The position numbers were made by a program, and so were the translations under genes. Shown piece after piece: positions 1-11,568 of a DNA stretch of 64,000 bases. Positions within the stretch are counted from its first letter, which is position 1. Each line of letters starts with the position of its first letter. Below the pieces are notes generated by a model. It saw nothing but the letters and a program-made list of their open reading frames with translations. It had not been told where the DNA came from and did no database searches. Origin of the DNA: Phyllosticta citribraziliensis (taxonomy: Eukaryota); the NCBI RefSeq assembly GCF_038025025.1, contig NW_027117338.1:2046001-2110000 (forward strand), written 5' to 3'.

Positions 1-465
1 GGTTGGGCCTGGCGGCGGTGGCAGCAGCGGCTCCTCCAGGCGGTGGAGGCGCGAAAGGGTTGGGGCCAGCGGAGAAGTCTGGCATGTTCGACTCGGACGG
101 CCTGCGCGGGTCAAAGGGCGACGTGCTTCTATGCGAGTAGTAGGGGTTGGGTTGGACGGCGCCGATGGAGCGCAGTTTTGCGGCCAGCGCAGGGTCTTGA
201 GCGTCACTTGTTATTGCTGGAATTGGGTCAGCGTGGAGAGTCTCGAAGTGTTATTGAAGGCGGAGGTCGCTGAGCAGGACGTACCGTCATCTTTGGCCTC
301 GCTGGCTTCTGGTGCAGGGTGCACTGTTGGACCAGGTTGCGAGGCGCGAGATGCTGCGGCTGGTGATGGTTTGGGAGAGCGAGTTGCGGCCTGCGAGGCT
401 TGTTTGGGATACACGCGCGCAGCTTTGCCAGCGCTGCGAGAAGCTTTTGAAGCCGAAGATCCCAT
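1..465 (-). CDS. Fungal hypothetical protein, 5' part; runs off the window start
   Basis: ATG at 465 (MGSSASKASRSAGKAARVYPKQ). Intron 284-217 (GTACGT...GCTGAC...CCAG) removes the stop and gives AITSDAQDPALAAKLRSIGAVQPNP..., open to position 1. Confidence 0.7.
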
Positions 466-875
466 GTCTGGGCCGTGAAGGTATTGCGACGCGAATTGGG
501 CTGAGAGAAATGCGACGGCGAAGTGGAGCAGAGAGAGGCGTTGGATGACGCTGCAGATCGGGAATGAGCGAGGGGACCCTTGCGGTCCAAGCTCATCCGT
601 AATGCGGGTCGGCTGATTGGTGGAAATGGTCGTCAATTCTTCACTATTCACAGTCCCTGGTTATATATTCTCACATTGCACAGCGTAAATACGCCGACTC
701 TCATCACATATGCACACCTGAAAATCTCTACAGGGCAAAATGCCCATCAACAAGAATATCGACAAGTCGTTCCAACACAAGAGACGTGGATTTCAGCCCT
801 CCGCAGGCTCATCATTAAAAAATGCTATAATACAACGAGAGATTTCAACCCGAGAGACCAGCCCGAGTCCAACCC

Positions 876-2591
876 TTAAGCCAAGTAAAGATCAATGGCA
901 TCGAGGACGACGTTGGGCGCCAGATACTCGTCGCCCGACGATCCAGAGATGACACTGATGGAGATGGTGTTGTCGCCCTCGACAATGGTGCCCTCGGGGA
1001 TCGAGACCTCGTAAATCTCGCCGTTGCCGCGGTAGCCACCGCGGGTGACGCCACGGCTGTCGATCTTGGTCGGGGCCGCGGGGGCGTCGGCCTCGTAGCT
1101 GTTGATGGTGGCCTGTGGCCTGCCGCCGGCGAAGGAGAGCGTGGTGCCGATGCGCAGCGTCGCGGCGCCCGTCTGGGCAGAGGTGGCCGTGAAGGTGATG
1201 GTGAGCGGGTCGTTGATGCCCATGAACAGCGCCATGGGGACGTCCGTGACCTCGGACGTGCCGACCGTGTAGTTCAGCGGGCCCCACGACTCCATGCGGC
1301 TGTCGGACGGGTGCATGCGCTGGAACTTGTCGCCGTTGCGGAACTCGAAAGGCTGTCCGTCCCACTCGCCGATCGTGAAGATTGCGTCAGGTGCGTTGAA
1401 CGAACTCTTAATGTCCGAGGTCTCAGTGGAGCCTGCGGTGACGGTAACGCTTGCGGTGGCCACCTTGAGCTCTTGCTGGTACAGAACTTGGGTGTAGGTG
1501 CCGGGCTGCATGGCGGGCGAAGTGAAGGCACCCGACGAGTCTGCGTAGACCCAGTATTGGAAGTCGTCATTGTACCAGTGAAGGACAATATCCTTTCCGC
1601 TGGTGGTACCAGAAGCAGTACCCGTGACGGAGCCGCGCGCATCCTCCGCAACGTAGCCGTCAATGCTGAGGTCCGAGAAGAACGAAAAGTCGAGCGAGTC
1701 GGCCGACGGGACGCCAGAGCGGCTGAACTGAAGAGCATAAGGCCCGTGGAAGCCCTGGCGGAATTCCTCAGTCTGAACATGCCCGCTGTTCATGTAGCTA
1801 TCGAGCCAGGTAAGCATGTCATCTTCCAACATTCTCAACGAGACTTACAAGTAAAGGTTGGTAGAGTCGCCAGCATTGTTGCTGTTGATGTCCTTGAAGA
1901 AGGGGCCGCCGCTGGAGCACTCGTACGAAAGGGGCTTGAGCAGCATGCAAGCGTGGATGGGATCGTCCTCACGGTAGACGCATTGGACGCTGTCATCAAT
2001 GAAGCGGTCGCCAGAGTAGAACTTGCTGCGGGTCTCGCCGTCGACCTCGAACACGTCAGAGGCCTCGACGGCGGTTCCATCGGCCGTCGTGGAGACATCG
2101 CCAAAGGGATACTCAAGCGGGAGCTTGGACGGGTCAAGTCGGGCAATGAAGCGAAGCTCTCCAATGCTGGGCTCTGCGGTCGTGTCCGTGGCCATGTAAA
2201 GAGTGTCCTCGCCAGATTTGACCACAATGTAGTGGATCAAGGTGTCGGTGGTGCAAGTGACCTTGATGACATCGCCTACAGGAATCAGCCACAAGAATTC
2301 TTCCAATCACAAACAAATCGGTAACTCACTGCCAACCGCCTCCCCCTTCACCGTAGCAGATCCCAGACCTGAAGAAATGTGGGAACCCTTGGAAGAGTAC
2401 TGGAACTCCTCAGAGCGGTACTTGATCGACGTAATGTCGCAGCTGCTTTGGTCAATCGTCACAGCGAGCCCGCCGCTGCCTCCCGAGTTGACGACATAGC
2501 TGCCGCTGGAGTCGGTCAGGCCAAACGCCGCGAGGGCCGAGGGAGTCCAGAGGGCAAAGAGCGCGAGCAAGGGTGTTGTGGAGAGCCCCAT
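876..2591 (-). CDS. rglA: Secreted rhamnogalacturonan lyase, polysaccharide lyase family 4 (RhgB/RglA type)
   Basis: Signal peptide [21 protein letters not shown], then AFGLT...SSCDITSI...[19 protein letters not shown] (catalytic Lys), [20 protein letters not shown] (catalytic His) and C-terminal [11 protein letters not shown]. Introns 2329-2276 and 1848-1798 join three ORFs in frame. Confidence 0.93.
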
Positions 2592-2722
2592 GATGTTGGT
2601 CTTGAGCCGCAAACGACTGGATGGTTCAAGAGACAACAAAAGAGGGATACGGCACTTCCAAAATCTGGCGCTCACCCTGCGACCTTTTTAAACAGAATCG
2701 CGACGGCCTTGACCTCGTCAAT

Positions 2723-2728
2723 CCCCAC
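2723..2728 (-). promoter_or_regulatory. Possible CreA carbon-catabolite repression site (SYGGRG)
   Basis: GTGGGG on the minus strand about 130 bp upstream of the lyase ATG, near a TTTAAAAA TATA-like element (about 2685-2692). The motif is short and could be chance. Confidence 0.2.
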
Positions 2729-4503
2729 GCCCCCCATGGCTGAAATCAGGGATTCTTGGCATCAGGGGGGCGCGCTCGCGGGCCCCATGTCGGAGCGAAG
2801 ATGGGAAAAGGGAAGAGCGCTGTGACGCCAAGATGCACGTGTGGACAGGCATAGGACGATGGCAAGGCCTGCTATAGGAAACGACGCGTTCGAGTTTCAG
2901 ATGAGGCCCGGTAAGCAGACGCAGAGGTGGCGTAGCGTGGCCCCTGCTCGCCGTCCATCCATCTGGGTGTGCTGTTGCGCTCGACTACCTTGTTCCCTAG
3001 TTCCCGAGTTATCGAGATTCCTATTCCGTATGGCATGCAGTCTTGAGTGATCTTGCCCGGAAGTAACCGTGGCTACTTGCAGTGAACTAGCGGGGCAGAT
3101 ACTGCAACGTGAAGAGAGCAGCTGGTTTAGGAAGTTGGGAAATGGAGCAGCTGCCATCTACAGTGTCTCAGGCAGACGGTGCTCTTCCAGCAACGACCCA
3201 CCAAAATCATCAGAGGAGAGGGAGGGAGGGCTGCCTGAGACGGGCTATGCGGGAGAAAGTCTTCCGCGAACGTTGCCAATATTTTGTCGGCGCAATTCCT
3301 TTTCGACCTGTGCAGTTTTTCCATGCAAGATCTCGCAGGGCCATGGGAGAAATTGCCGTGTCCAACGGGTAAAGCCAGCATCTCTACCCATTGCTTTGGG
3401 TTGGTGGACTCGAGTGCTGGAAGGCGTAGGCGCAGGGGTGGTTTGCGGAGAGATGGCCCGGTTTTCCTAGATTCCGTCGAAGCGATTGGTCGGTCCATGT
3501 GCTGTGTGAGGCAGGTGGCTGAGCAGCGGCCATCGGGACCTGCAGGACTGGGAAACCAGGAGAGAAAGAAAAGAGATGTCTGCCCATCCAGCCAGATCTG
3601 AATGCCGCTCGCTGCATCTCTACCCGGTGTGTGACACAATCCATCTTTGGCGTGGTTGCGTGACGCAGCAAAGGTTCAACGGCCTAAATCCAACCGCTGC
3701 ATCATTTTCCCCGCCTTTGCTGTAAACAACAGAGTCGTGTGAAATGAGGATAATCGCCGCCGAGGACCGGCAGAGGAGTTGAGGAGATCAGCGTCGGGGC
3801 GCCTCGATCTGTACCCGAGCACCTTATCGGAGCGAACAGCACGCACTGAAGAAGCGCGCTCAGCGCCCTGACCTGACCTTGCTTCGTCTCAGATGCTGTC
3901 GGAGGGTGTCCGAAGCCCGGATTAATGTCGTTACCTGCGTGTACGTGCTACAGCGTGGCCGACAACGTCGTATGCTAAAAAGCATACTCCTGAGAAGTTT
4001 TTCCCCTGGCCAGTGGTTGGACGTAAGATGCCAATGGAAGTCCGACTCTAAGAGAAACCGACAGGAAAATTCAAAGCCGTGGGATTGTCTTGCCTTGTTC
4101 CAGCATCCGCCACAGGAATGATTGATGGGAGAGAGGATTTGGTGACGACCTTTTTTGCCGCCGTGCCCCAATATGCATGAGAGCCGCTGCCCTAGGGCCA
4201 AGACCTGGATCGCCAATGGCGCCATCGAAAAGCGAGTACACAAAAATGGGTGGTGGACCTTCGTCTGCTTGCGTTTGATACGGGTTGGCCATGGGCTCGC
4301 TTGGGCCGGTAGCCGCCGTCCTTGCAATTTGCCTGCAGGGCGACGCCACACCCCGACTAACGTACTGTACAGTATTGAAAAGGAAGCAGCATGGGCCATG
4401 AGCATTGCATATTCTGGATTCTACCTGGTTCAAGAGCTATTGACTTGTGCGCTGAGCAGGGTGTTGACGAGAAGCAGGACTTGATGGTTTGCGGTTGCCG
4501 CGT

Positions 4504-4685
4504 CACAGTGGGTGAAGAAAGAATTGAGACACCCTAGGTCTAAGTGCGGCAGCGCAAGAATGCTTCCTAAGCGCGACTATAGCAGCAAATGAATGCTCCC
4601 TAAGCGTGACTATAATAGTAGATGAATGCTCCTTAAGCGCGACTATAGCAGCAGATGAATGCTCCCCAAATGCACTCATATTGCC
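4504..4685 (+). mobile_element. Truncated, diverged copy of the CACAGTG-ended MITE (left TIR plus 33-bp internal repeats)
   Basis: Begins CACAGTGGGTGAAGAAAGAATT and aligns almost without gaps to 8045-8224. GAATGCT units start at 4558, 4591, 4624 and 4657 (period 33). Similarity ends after ATTGCC, and there is no right TIR. Confidence 0.8.
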
Positions 4686-4949
4686 GGTCGTGCTGAGGAT
4701 TACGTCATCGCTAATCGAGAGTCCCCGCCGTGCAGCTCCCGGCGGAGCTGTCCGTCGAACACCCACCTCGAGACTGCTGCGCCACTCTCCATCACCGCCA
4801 TTTTTCTCCCTCAAAGATGCCCTCGCTAGACCAATAGATTCTTTACTTGAGCCGCCGGATTCTCAACATCAACTCAACGCCATCGTGAAGAGACTGACGG
4901 TGGCCGAGCGGCCCTTCAAGTGACGACCGCGTCACGCGACTCCAGCACC

Positions 4950-7941
4950 ATGAACTCTGGATGGCAAGCACCCTTGCACTTCGCTAGCAATGGATCCAAG
5001 ACGAACGGCAGTCTTCCAGTAAGATGGCTCACACATTGCATTCTCTCTGCTTCCCACCAGTTCCTCCTCTCTGTCAAAGCACCACCTGCTCCCATAGTGT
5101 CCCGCTGACCTGGATAACCCAAAGAACCCTCCAGACAACAGCGGCAGCCACCGAAATAAGCCTTCTTCGGTCTACAGCTTGATTTATACGCTTATCCCTG
5201 CGCTCATTACAGCCGCCCTTCTGATCAGCTTGTTCCTTGTCCTTCGGCCAAAGCTGCGGCGTCTTTATTCACCGAGAACCTTCATTGACGTCTTGACCGA
5301 CGAGTAAGCAGCCGCACAACGCAACCCCCGCCTTTCCAGAAGAGCCGCAACTCATGCTGATTCGGTCGTCAACAGTGAAAAGACGCCGCGCGATCCAGGC
5401 ACCGTGTTTGGCTGGATCAAGAAATTTGCGCAGTTCAGCGATTGGCAGATTCTCAACTCGCAATCGCTCGATGCGTACCTCTATGTAAGGTTTTTGAAGG
5501 TCATCATTGCCGTTTGCTTCGTTGGCACCGTCATCACTGGGGCTGTGCTCTTGCCAATCAATGCGACGGGAGGTGGTGGCCAGAAGCAGCTGGACATGCT
5601 CTCATTTAGCAATGTCGTTGACCCGAATCGGTACTATGCTCACGCTTTGGTTGCTTGGTTCTTTTTTGGTAGGTCAACTCCATGTGTGCTCGTGCGTTGC
5701 TGATCGACACAGGATTTGTCCTCTTCATGATTACACGGGAGACCGTGTATCTCATTCATCTCCGACAAGCGTATCTTCTCTCTCCGTGGAACTCTAGCCG
5801 CATATCTTCCAGGACCGTGCTTTTTACTTCGGTGCCCAAACACTACTGCAGTGTGGACCGCCTCAAGTCTCTTTTCGACGAAGTCAAGCAAGTCTGGCTT
5901 GTTCAAGACTTCAAGAAGCTGGAAAAGCTGATTGAAAAAATGGACGACGCCGCCCTCAAGCTGGAAGCGGCCGAGATCAAACTAATCAGAGATGCCAACG
6001 CAAAGCGGCTCAAAGGCTCTAAGCCGGGGAGCGATGATGAAGATACCGACTTTTGGCTCACGATTGCACGACGTCCAAAGCACAAGCGCGAGACATACAA
6101 GTTCATCTTTGGAAATAGCGTCGACACCATAGACGAAAGTAGGGACCGCCTTAATCACCTCATCCCAGCCGTAAGAGCTGAGCAGAAGCTTCGACTTGAC
6201 GGCGATGCCAAATTGCTCGGCTCTGTCTTTATCGAGTTTGAGACGCAGGCGGCGGCGCAAGCTGCGTACTCCTTGGTCGCTTTCAATCACCCCTACCGCA
6301 TAGTCCCTCGTCAGGTCGGAGTGCTTCCAGACGAGGTCATCTGGCCCAATCTCCGCATGTCAGACTGGGAGGCTCTGGCGCGCAAGCTCCTCGTGTTTGC
6401 TTTCGTCGCCGCCCTCACCGTCTTCTGGGGAATCCCTGTTGCCTTTGTCGGCACCATTTCCAACTTGAACTACCTGTCGCAAAAGTTCAAGTGGCTTAGG
6501 TGGCTGGAGAACTTGAACAAGAAGCAACTCGGCTTGCTGACGGGTCTTTTGCCTTCTGTCCTGCTCTCTGCCCTTCAAGCTCTTGTCCCGAAGGTTTTGC
6601 GATGTAGGTCTCACTCTTTTTTGTCTGATCTATCGCTTGACTAATGACTCCACAGATTTGTCAAGAGAGTCTGGCGCAGTTACTCAGTCGCATGCTGAAG
6701 TTCGGACGCAAAAGTTCTTCTTTGCGTTCTCGCTGATACAGATTTTCCTCGTTACCACCTTCTCGTCTGGCGCCACTGCGGTGATTGGCCAGCTTGCTCG
6801 GGAGCCTTCGTCTGCACCTACTCTGCTCGCAGAGAATCTGCCAAAGGCTTCCAACTTCTACATATCCTACCTCGTCTTGTACGGCGTGGCCATCAGCTCT
6901 CAGACGGTCTTCAATATTTTGGGCTTGTTTTTCGAGGTACTCCTCCCTAAGGTCTGGCCCTATTCGAGTCCAAGGGACGCATTCATTGCATACACGACAT
7001 TGAGCTCCCCCGGATACGGTTCAGAATGCGCCAAATGGACGAATTTGGCCGTTATCGCCATCAGCTACTCTTGTGTAGCGCCTTTGGTCCTTGCATTCGC
7101 AACCGTTGGCTTCTCCTTCATCTACTTGGCGTATAGGTACAACTACTTCTACGTGTATAACACGTCCATCGACACCAAAGGCGTCTTTTACGCCACTGCT
7201 CTGCAGCAGATGACTGTTGGAGTATACATTGCAGAGCTCTGTCTCATCGGCTTGTTCTCGACCCGAATCAACAGCGCCGCTACGGCCAATGGTCCGCTTC
7301 TCTTGATGATCATCCTGTTCATATCCACGGTTCTCTATCAGTACCTCATGCACCAGACGCTGAAGCCTCTGACCGAGCTTCTGCCCCGAAACCTTCTATC
7401 GGAGTCTGAGCGCGAATACGAAGACTATGAGGCCAGTCACGCAAACCAGCCTTTGCTCTCGCCTGCGCCAGAAACAAACGACCAACCCGCAGCAGGCGAC
7501 ATCAATGCGCACCACAGCGGTGGAACCAACCCCACTGCCACAACCACGCCTGCCCGTCTCAACGCCATCACGGCCTACCAAGCCAAAGTTGACCAAGACC
7601 GCGCCCATTGGCTGCGTCGCCTCTTCACGACGCGCACGGCGTCGGCGGCAACTATTTCGCAATCGCTCCATCCCAGTCTCAAGGTTCCGGTGCCAGAATA
7701 TCCGCAAAATGTAGCGCGAAAGGCGTTTTTGAACCCGGCCATTGCACGGGAGCCGCCCGTCCTCTGGATCGTCAAGGACGAGATGGGCATGTCGGCACGC
7801 GAAGTGCAAGAGACCAAGGCCGAGGTGGAAGGTCTGGAAATCAGTGATCGGGGAGCGTGGTTGGACAAGAAAAATAGAGTGCGGTGGGATGAGGATCACC
7901 TGAGGGAGATGCCGCTGTGGAAGGGACGGGTGATTTATTGA
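4950..7941 (+). CDS. CSC1/OSCA/TMEM63 (RSN1/PHM7-like, DUF221) calcium-permeable stress-gated channel
   Basis: N-terminal TM followed by LRPKLRRLYSPRT; SLDAYLYVRFLK, LLPINATGGGGQKQLDMLSFSNV, SSRTVLFTSVP, PDEVIWPNL, LAENLPKASNFYISY and YSCVAPLVL; many TM helices. Introns 5019-5124, 5304-5375, 5669-5712 and 6604-6655 keep frame. Exon 1 is less certain. Confidence 0.92.
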
Positions 7942-8044
7942 AGCGACAAGAAGCCGGAAGACGTCGATTATTGGAACGCAACGCTGAGTGCGTCGTTGAT
8001 CTTGTAAAGATTTGGATAAGATGGACATGACCCCCCCCCCCCCC

Positions 8045-8256
8045 CACAGTGGGTGTCAAAAGAAATGAGGCTCTCCTGGTCTGTCTACTGCAATGAACGA
8101 CCACTTCCTAAGCGCATGTACAGGTATATGAATGCTCCTTGAACACAGGCGGAGCAGCAAATGAACGCTCCTTGAGCGCAGGCGAAGCAGCGAATGAACG
8201 CTCCCTAGACACACTTGCATTGCCAGGAGTTGTAATTTCTTTCGACACCCACTGTG
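8045..8256. mobile_element. 212-bp MITE with 22-bp terminal inverted repeats starting CACAGTG
   Basis: Left CACAGTGGGTGTCAAAAGAAAT (8045-8066) versus reverse complement of 8235-8256, CACAGTGGGTGTCGAAAGAAAT: 21/22 identical. Internal 33-bp units ATGAAYGCTCC start at 8128, 8161 and 8194. Non-coding, with a homologous copy at 4504. Confidence 0.9.
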
Positions 8257-8380
8257 CCGGGGTCCGCATGGAGGAGTACGGTACCACCGACAGTGCTAGT
8301 TGAACAGCACAAATATCTAGGTCTTTCTACTTCATGTACATATCCTACATTGAGCGAAGTTTTCCGCGACAACGGCAGGC

Positions 8381-11300
8381 TCATCCCTCCAAATCTGCAG
8401 CCTGCTTCCCCTCATTTTCCAATCCATGTCCCATTTCCTCAGTCGCCGTCTCACACCTCCAACACAGCTCCTCGACCGAGGGCGCCACGAATCTCCAACA
8501 GCGAGGACACTTGCTTTCCTTGGGCGGCGCCAAAATGATTGTCCCTCTCTCCGTCTCGTACACGAACTCGCCTTCGTAAACCCATTCTCTGCCGTGTTTG
8601 AATGCCTCGACCTCTGCGCCAGCATCCGCTGCCGTTTGCGGCACGAGCTGCAGGTTGCTGACGACAAACATGGACGCCAGGCCGGCGTCGCTGCCGGGAG
8701 AAAAGTAGTCCCATCTTGAATGGGTCTCCGACGAAGGCGTTGGAGGGACGACCAGCAGCACGTCGCACTCAAGACCGGAGCGCAGGTGCTTGTTTGACCG
8801 CGCTGTTTCCTGGAGCGCCTTGATCGCGTCGTGAACGGTCGCCAGCGCCGCAATCCTGTCGTCAAACCCTACCTCCAGCTCCTTCGTAGCCGTGGACAAC
8901 GTCTGAAAGGGGCTCCACGTCCTCCACCCCGGCTTCCCGCTATGATGAAGCTGCGTCGGGGTGTACTCCCAGACCTCCTCGACCAGCAGAGGGCAAATAG
9001 GAGCCAGCATGTCGAGCAGCTCGTGAAAGATACAAAAGAGGACCTTCTGCGCCGCGGTGCGGTCCTGCGTCGTGCCAGCATACAACCGGTCTTTCAAGGT
9101 CTCAAAGTAAAACGCAGAGAGGTTCTGGTTGACGTATTTGGTCAATGTAGCGACGCCGCGGTGGAACTCGTACGCGTCATACGCGGCATGCACCGATTTC
9201 GACGTCTGGGAGAGCTGGTGCAGTGCGATGGAGTCTGCCGTGGTATGTGCGCTGCGAGGCGTCGTCTTGTTGGCAGTGTCGAGGTTGAAATCGGAGAGAT
9301 TGCCAAGGATCCATTTGAACGTGATGCGGAGCTTGCCCAGCGACGAGGTGACTGCCTTGAGGACAGGCACGCCAACAGATACGTCCTTGGTGTAGTCGCT
9401 GCTCGCCACCCACAGGCGAAGCAGATCGGGTCTCATCGAGTTGTCAGCAGCTCCCTTCTTCCCCGAGGATGGCAACAAGGAGCCATCCATGATTTGATCA
9501 GGCGAGACGACGTTGCCCAAAGACTTGCTCATCTTGCGACCCTTCTTATCCAGAATGAAGCCATGAGTAATCAATGTGCCAAAGGGCGCGACCATGCCTT
9601 TTGAACTATTGCCGTTTGCCTCGGCTCCTTTGGCAGTCTGGGAGGCTATGTGGGTTAGCAGAGACGATTGGAACCAACCTCGATGTTGGTCAGTTCCTTC
9701 TAGGTAGACGTCTGCCACAGGTTTGCCAGGTCTTTCCGAGAGCTGGGCCCAACTGGTGCCACTGTCAAACCAGACATCCATCGTGTCTCTGCCACGGACG
9801 AAGTCTCCTTCCCAACTGTCAGGCTTCCAGGAAACTGTAGAGTCTACTTCGTCGGTGAACCAAGCGTCAACACCATGGTCATCAATCAACCCAATGATGT
9901 GATCAATAGATTCAGGCGTCATGTGAGCTTCAAGACTCCCATCCTCCAACTTCTTGTAGAGCGCAGGTATGGGCACACCCCACGGCCTCTGCCGCGAAAT
10001 GCACCATTCGCTGCGACTACGGACGAAGCTCTCGAGACGAGATTTTGCAGAGCTGGGCAGAAACTCGACCCTTTCAAGCGATGATAGAGCGTCCTCCTTG
10101 ATCTTGCCCACGTCAGCAAACCACTGCCATGTGGCCTTGATGATGATGGGCTTCTTGGTGCGCCAGTCAATCGGGTACTTGTGCCTGAAAGGTTCCGCTT
10201 TTACCAGAGGGCGTGTTTCCTTGTTCTCGAGTATCTTCAACACGAGTCCTGAGCCCTTGTTTAATACGTGCGCGCCGTCGAGCTCTGCGTGTCCAGGGAG
10301 GGCTCCTTGGATGAAACGACCACCATCGTCCACGGGTGCATAGACTGAAAGCCCAGCAGCTCTACAGACGTTGTAGTCATCCATACCATGACCAGGTGCC
10401 ATGTGAACAAGACCAGTGCCAGAGTCCGGGGATACGAAATCGGCATGCAGAACAGGCTGAGGGGAAGAATCGGGGCCGAACAACGGATTCCCATACTCCA
10501 TCTTCCCAGCCAAATGCTCGCCAGGTATGTCGTCGACAAGCACTTTGAATTTGGTCTTGAAGATTTCTTCCAAGGCCGAAATGCGAGATTTACCGAGGAT
10601 GAATTGGCGCACGAGGGGTCCCGGAGCTGCAGGAGTTGCCGTTTCTTGCTCGTTCTCCACAGCCGATTCAGACATTTCCACGACAGCATAATCCAATCTT
10701 GAGTGCACAGCAATGGCCTTATTCGCCGGCAATGTCCAGGGTGTAGTAGTCCAGACGAGAGCGCCAATACTTGTGGGATCCACAGCTCCTGTCCGCAGCA
10801 GGAACTCGGGGATTTTGCGAAGCGGAAAGGAAACATATGCAGCAGTCGACCGATGGTTCTCGTCATACTCGAGCTCAGCCTCAGCCAGCGCCGTCTTCGT
10901 CGACGGCGACCAGTAAACCGGCTTGTGTTGGCGGTATATGAGGCCTGCGACAAGAAAATCAGCAAGCAGCTCTTCCCTCTGTCCGGCCAGTGCTTACCCT
11001 TCTCGACCATCTCCTTGAAAATGGTGAGCTGTGTCTTGACGTAGTCCGACTTCATCGTGACGTACGGGTTGGCCCAATCGCCCATGATGGCCCACTTGCG
11101 GAAGCCCTCCATCTGCTCCTTGACCGTCGTCATCGCCAGCTTGGCCGCCTCGCCGCGCAGCAGCTGCGGATTCAGACTGCGCTGGTCGCGCGCCATGTCG
11201 ACCCCGAGCCGCTCCAGCGCCTTGACCTCAATGGGCAGCCCATGGCAGTCCCAGCCCGGCCTGTAGTCCACCTTCTTGCCCTGGCTGATCTGGTACCGCA

Positions 11301-11568
11301 GGATGATGTCCTTGAGGATCTTGTTCAGCGCGTGGCCGATGTGCAGGTTGCCATTGGCGTATGGTGGGCCATCATGCAGCACAAAGTCTCCTTCGGCGCC
11401 GCGCCGTTGTTCGGATCGTTGCCATGCGTACAGCTCGTCGGTGCATCGTCTAAGGTATTCGGGATTCGCTGTGGACCGCGGAGGTAGAGTCGACGCCGGG
11501 AGCTTCAGCGTGCTAGCCCATGATTGCGGAACCTTGGCGCTCTTTAGGGTCAGGCTCGGAGCTACCAT
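8381..11568 (-). CDS. ISM1: Isoleucyl-tRNA synthetase, mitochondrial (bacterial type)
   Basis: LHDGPPYANGNLHIGH, PGWDCHGLPIE, WTTTPWTLP, GTGLVHMAPGHG, WCISRQRPWGVPIP, DTMDVWFDSG, EGTDQHRGWFQSSL, KMSKS and C-terminal CPRCW...CWRC zinc finger. One intron, 10997-10945. Confidence 0.95.

Noticed and set aside
1311..2324. Long antisense ORFs (also 40581-41582, 29136-30011, 8831-9604 and 32623-33276)
   Set aside because: They are shadows of GC3-rich coding sequence on the opposite strand and have no motifs of their own.
4558..4675. 33-bp periodic repeats as a CRISPR-like array
   Set aside because: The units are contiguous tandem copies without unique spacers, there are no cas genes, the context is eukaryotic, and they lie inside a TIR element.
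4755..4766. TCGAACACCCAC as the missing right TIR of MITE copy 1
   Set aside because: It needs a gap, lacks the terminal TGTG, and is separated from the homologous block by about 70 bp of unrelated sequence.
8047..8254. impala/mimp-type (Tc1) MITE starting at CAGTGGG
   Set aside because: This would need TA flanks, but all three visible ends have CA/TG extending the inverted repeat. Disfavoured but not excluded without more copies.
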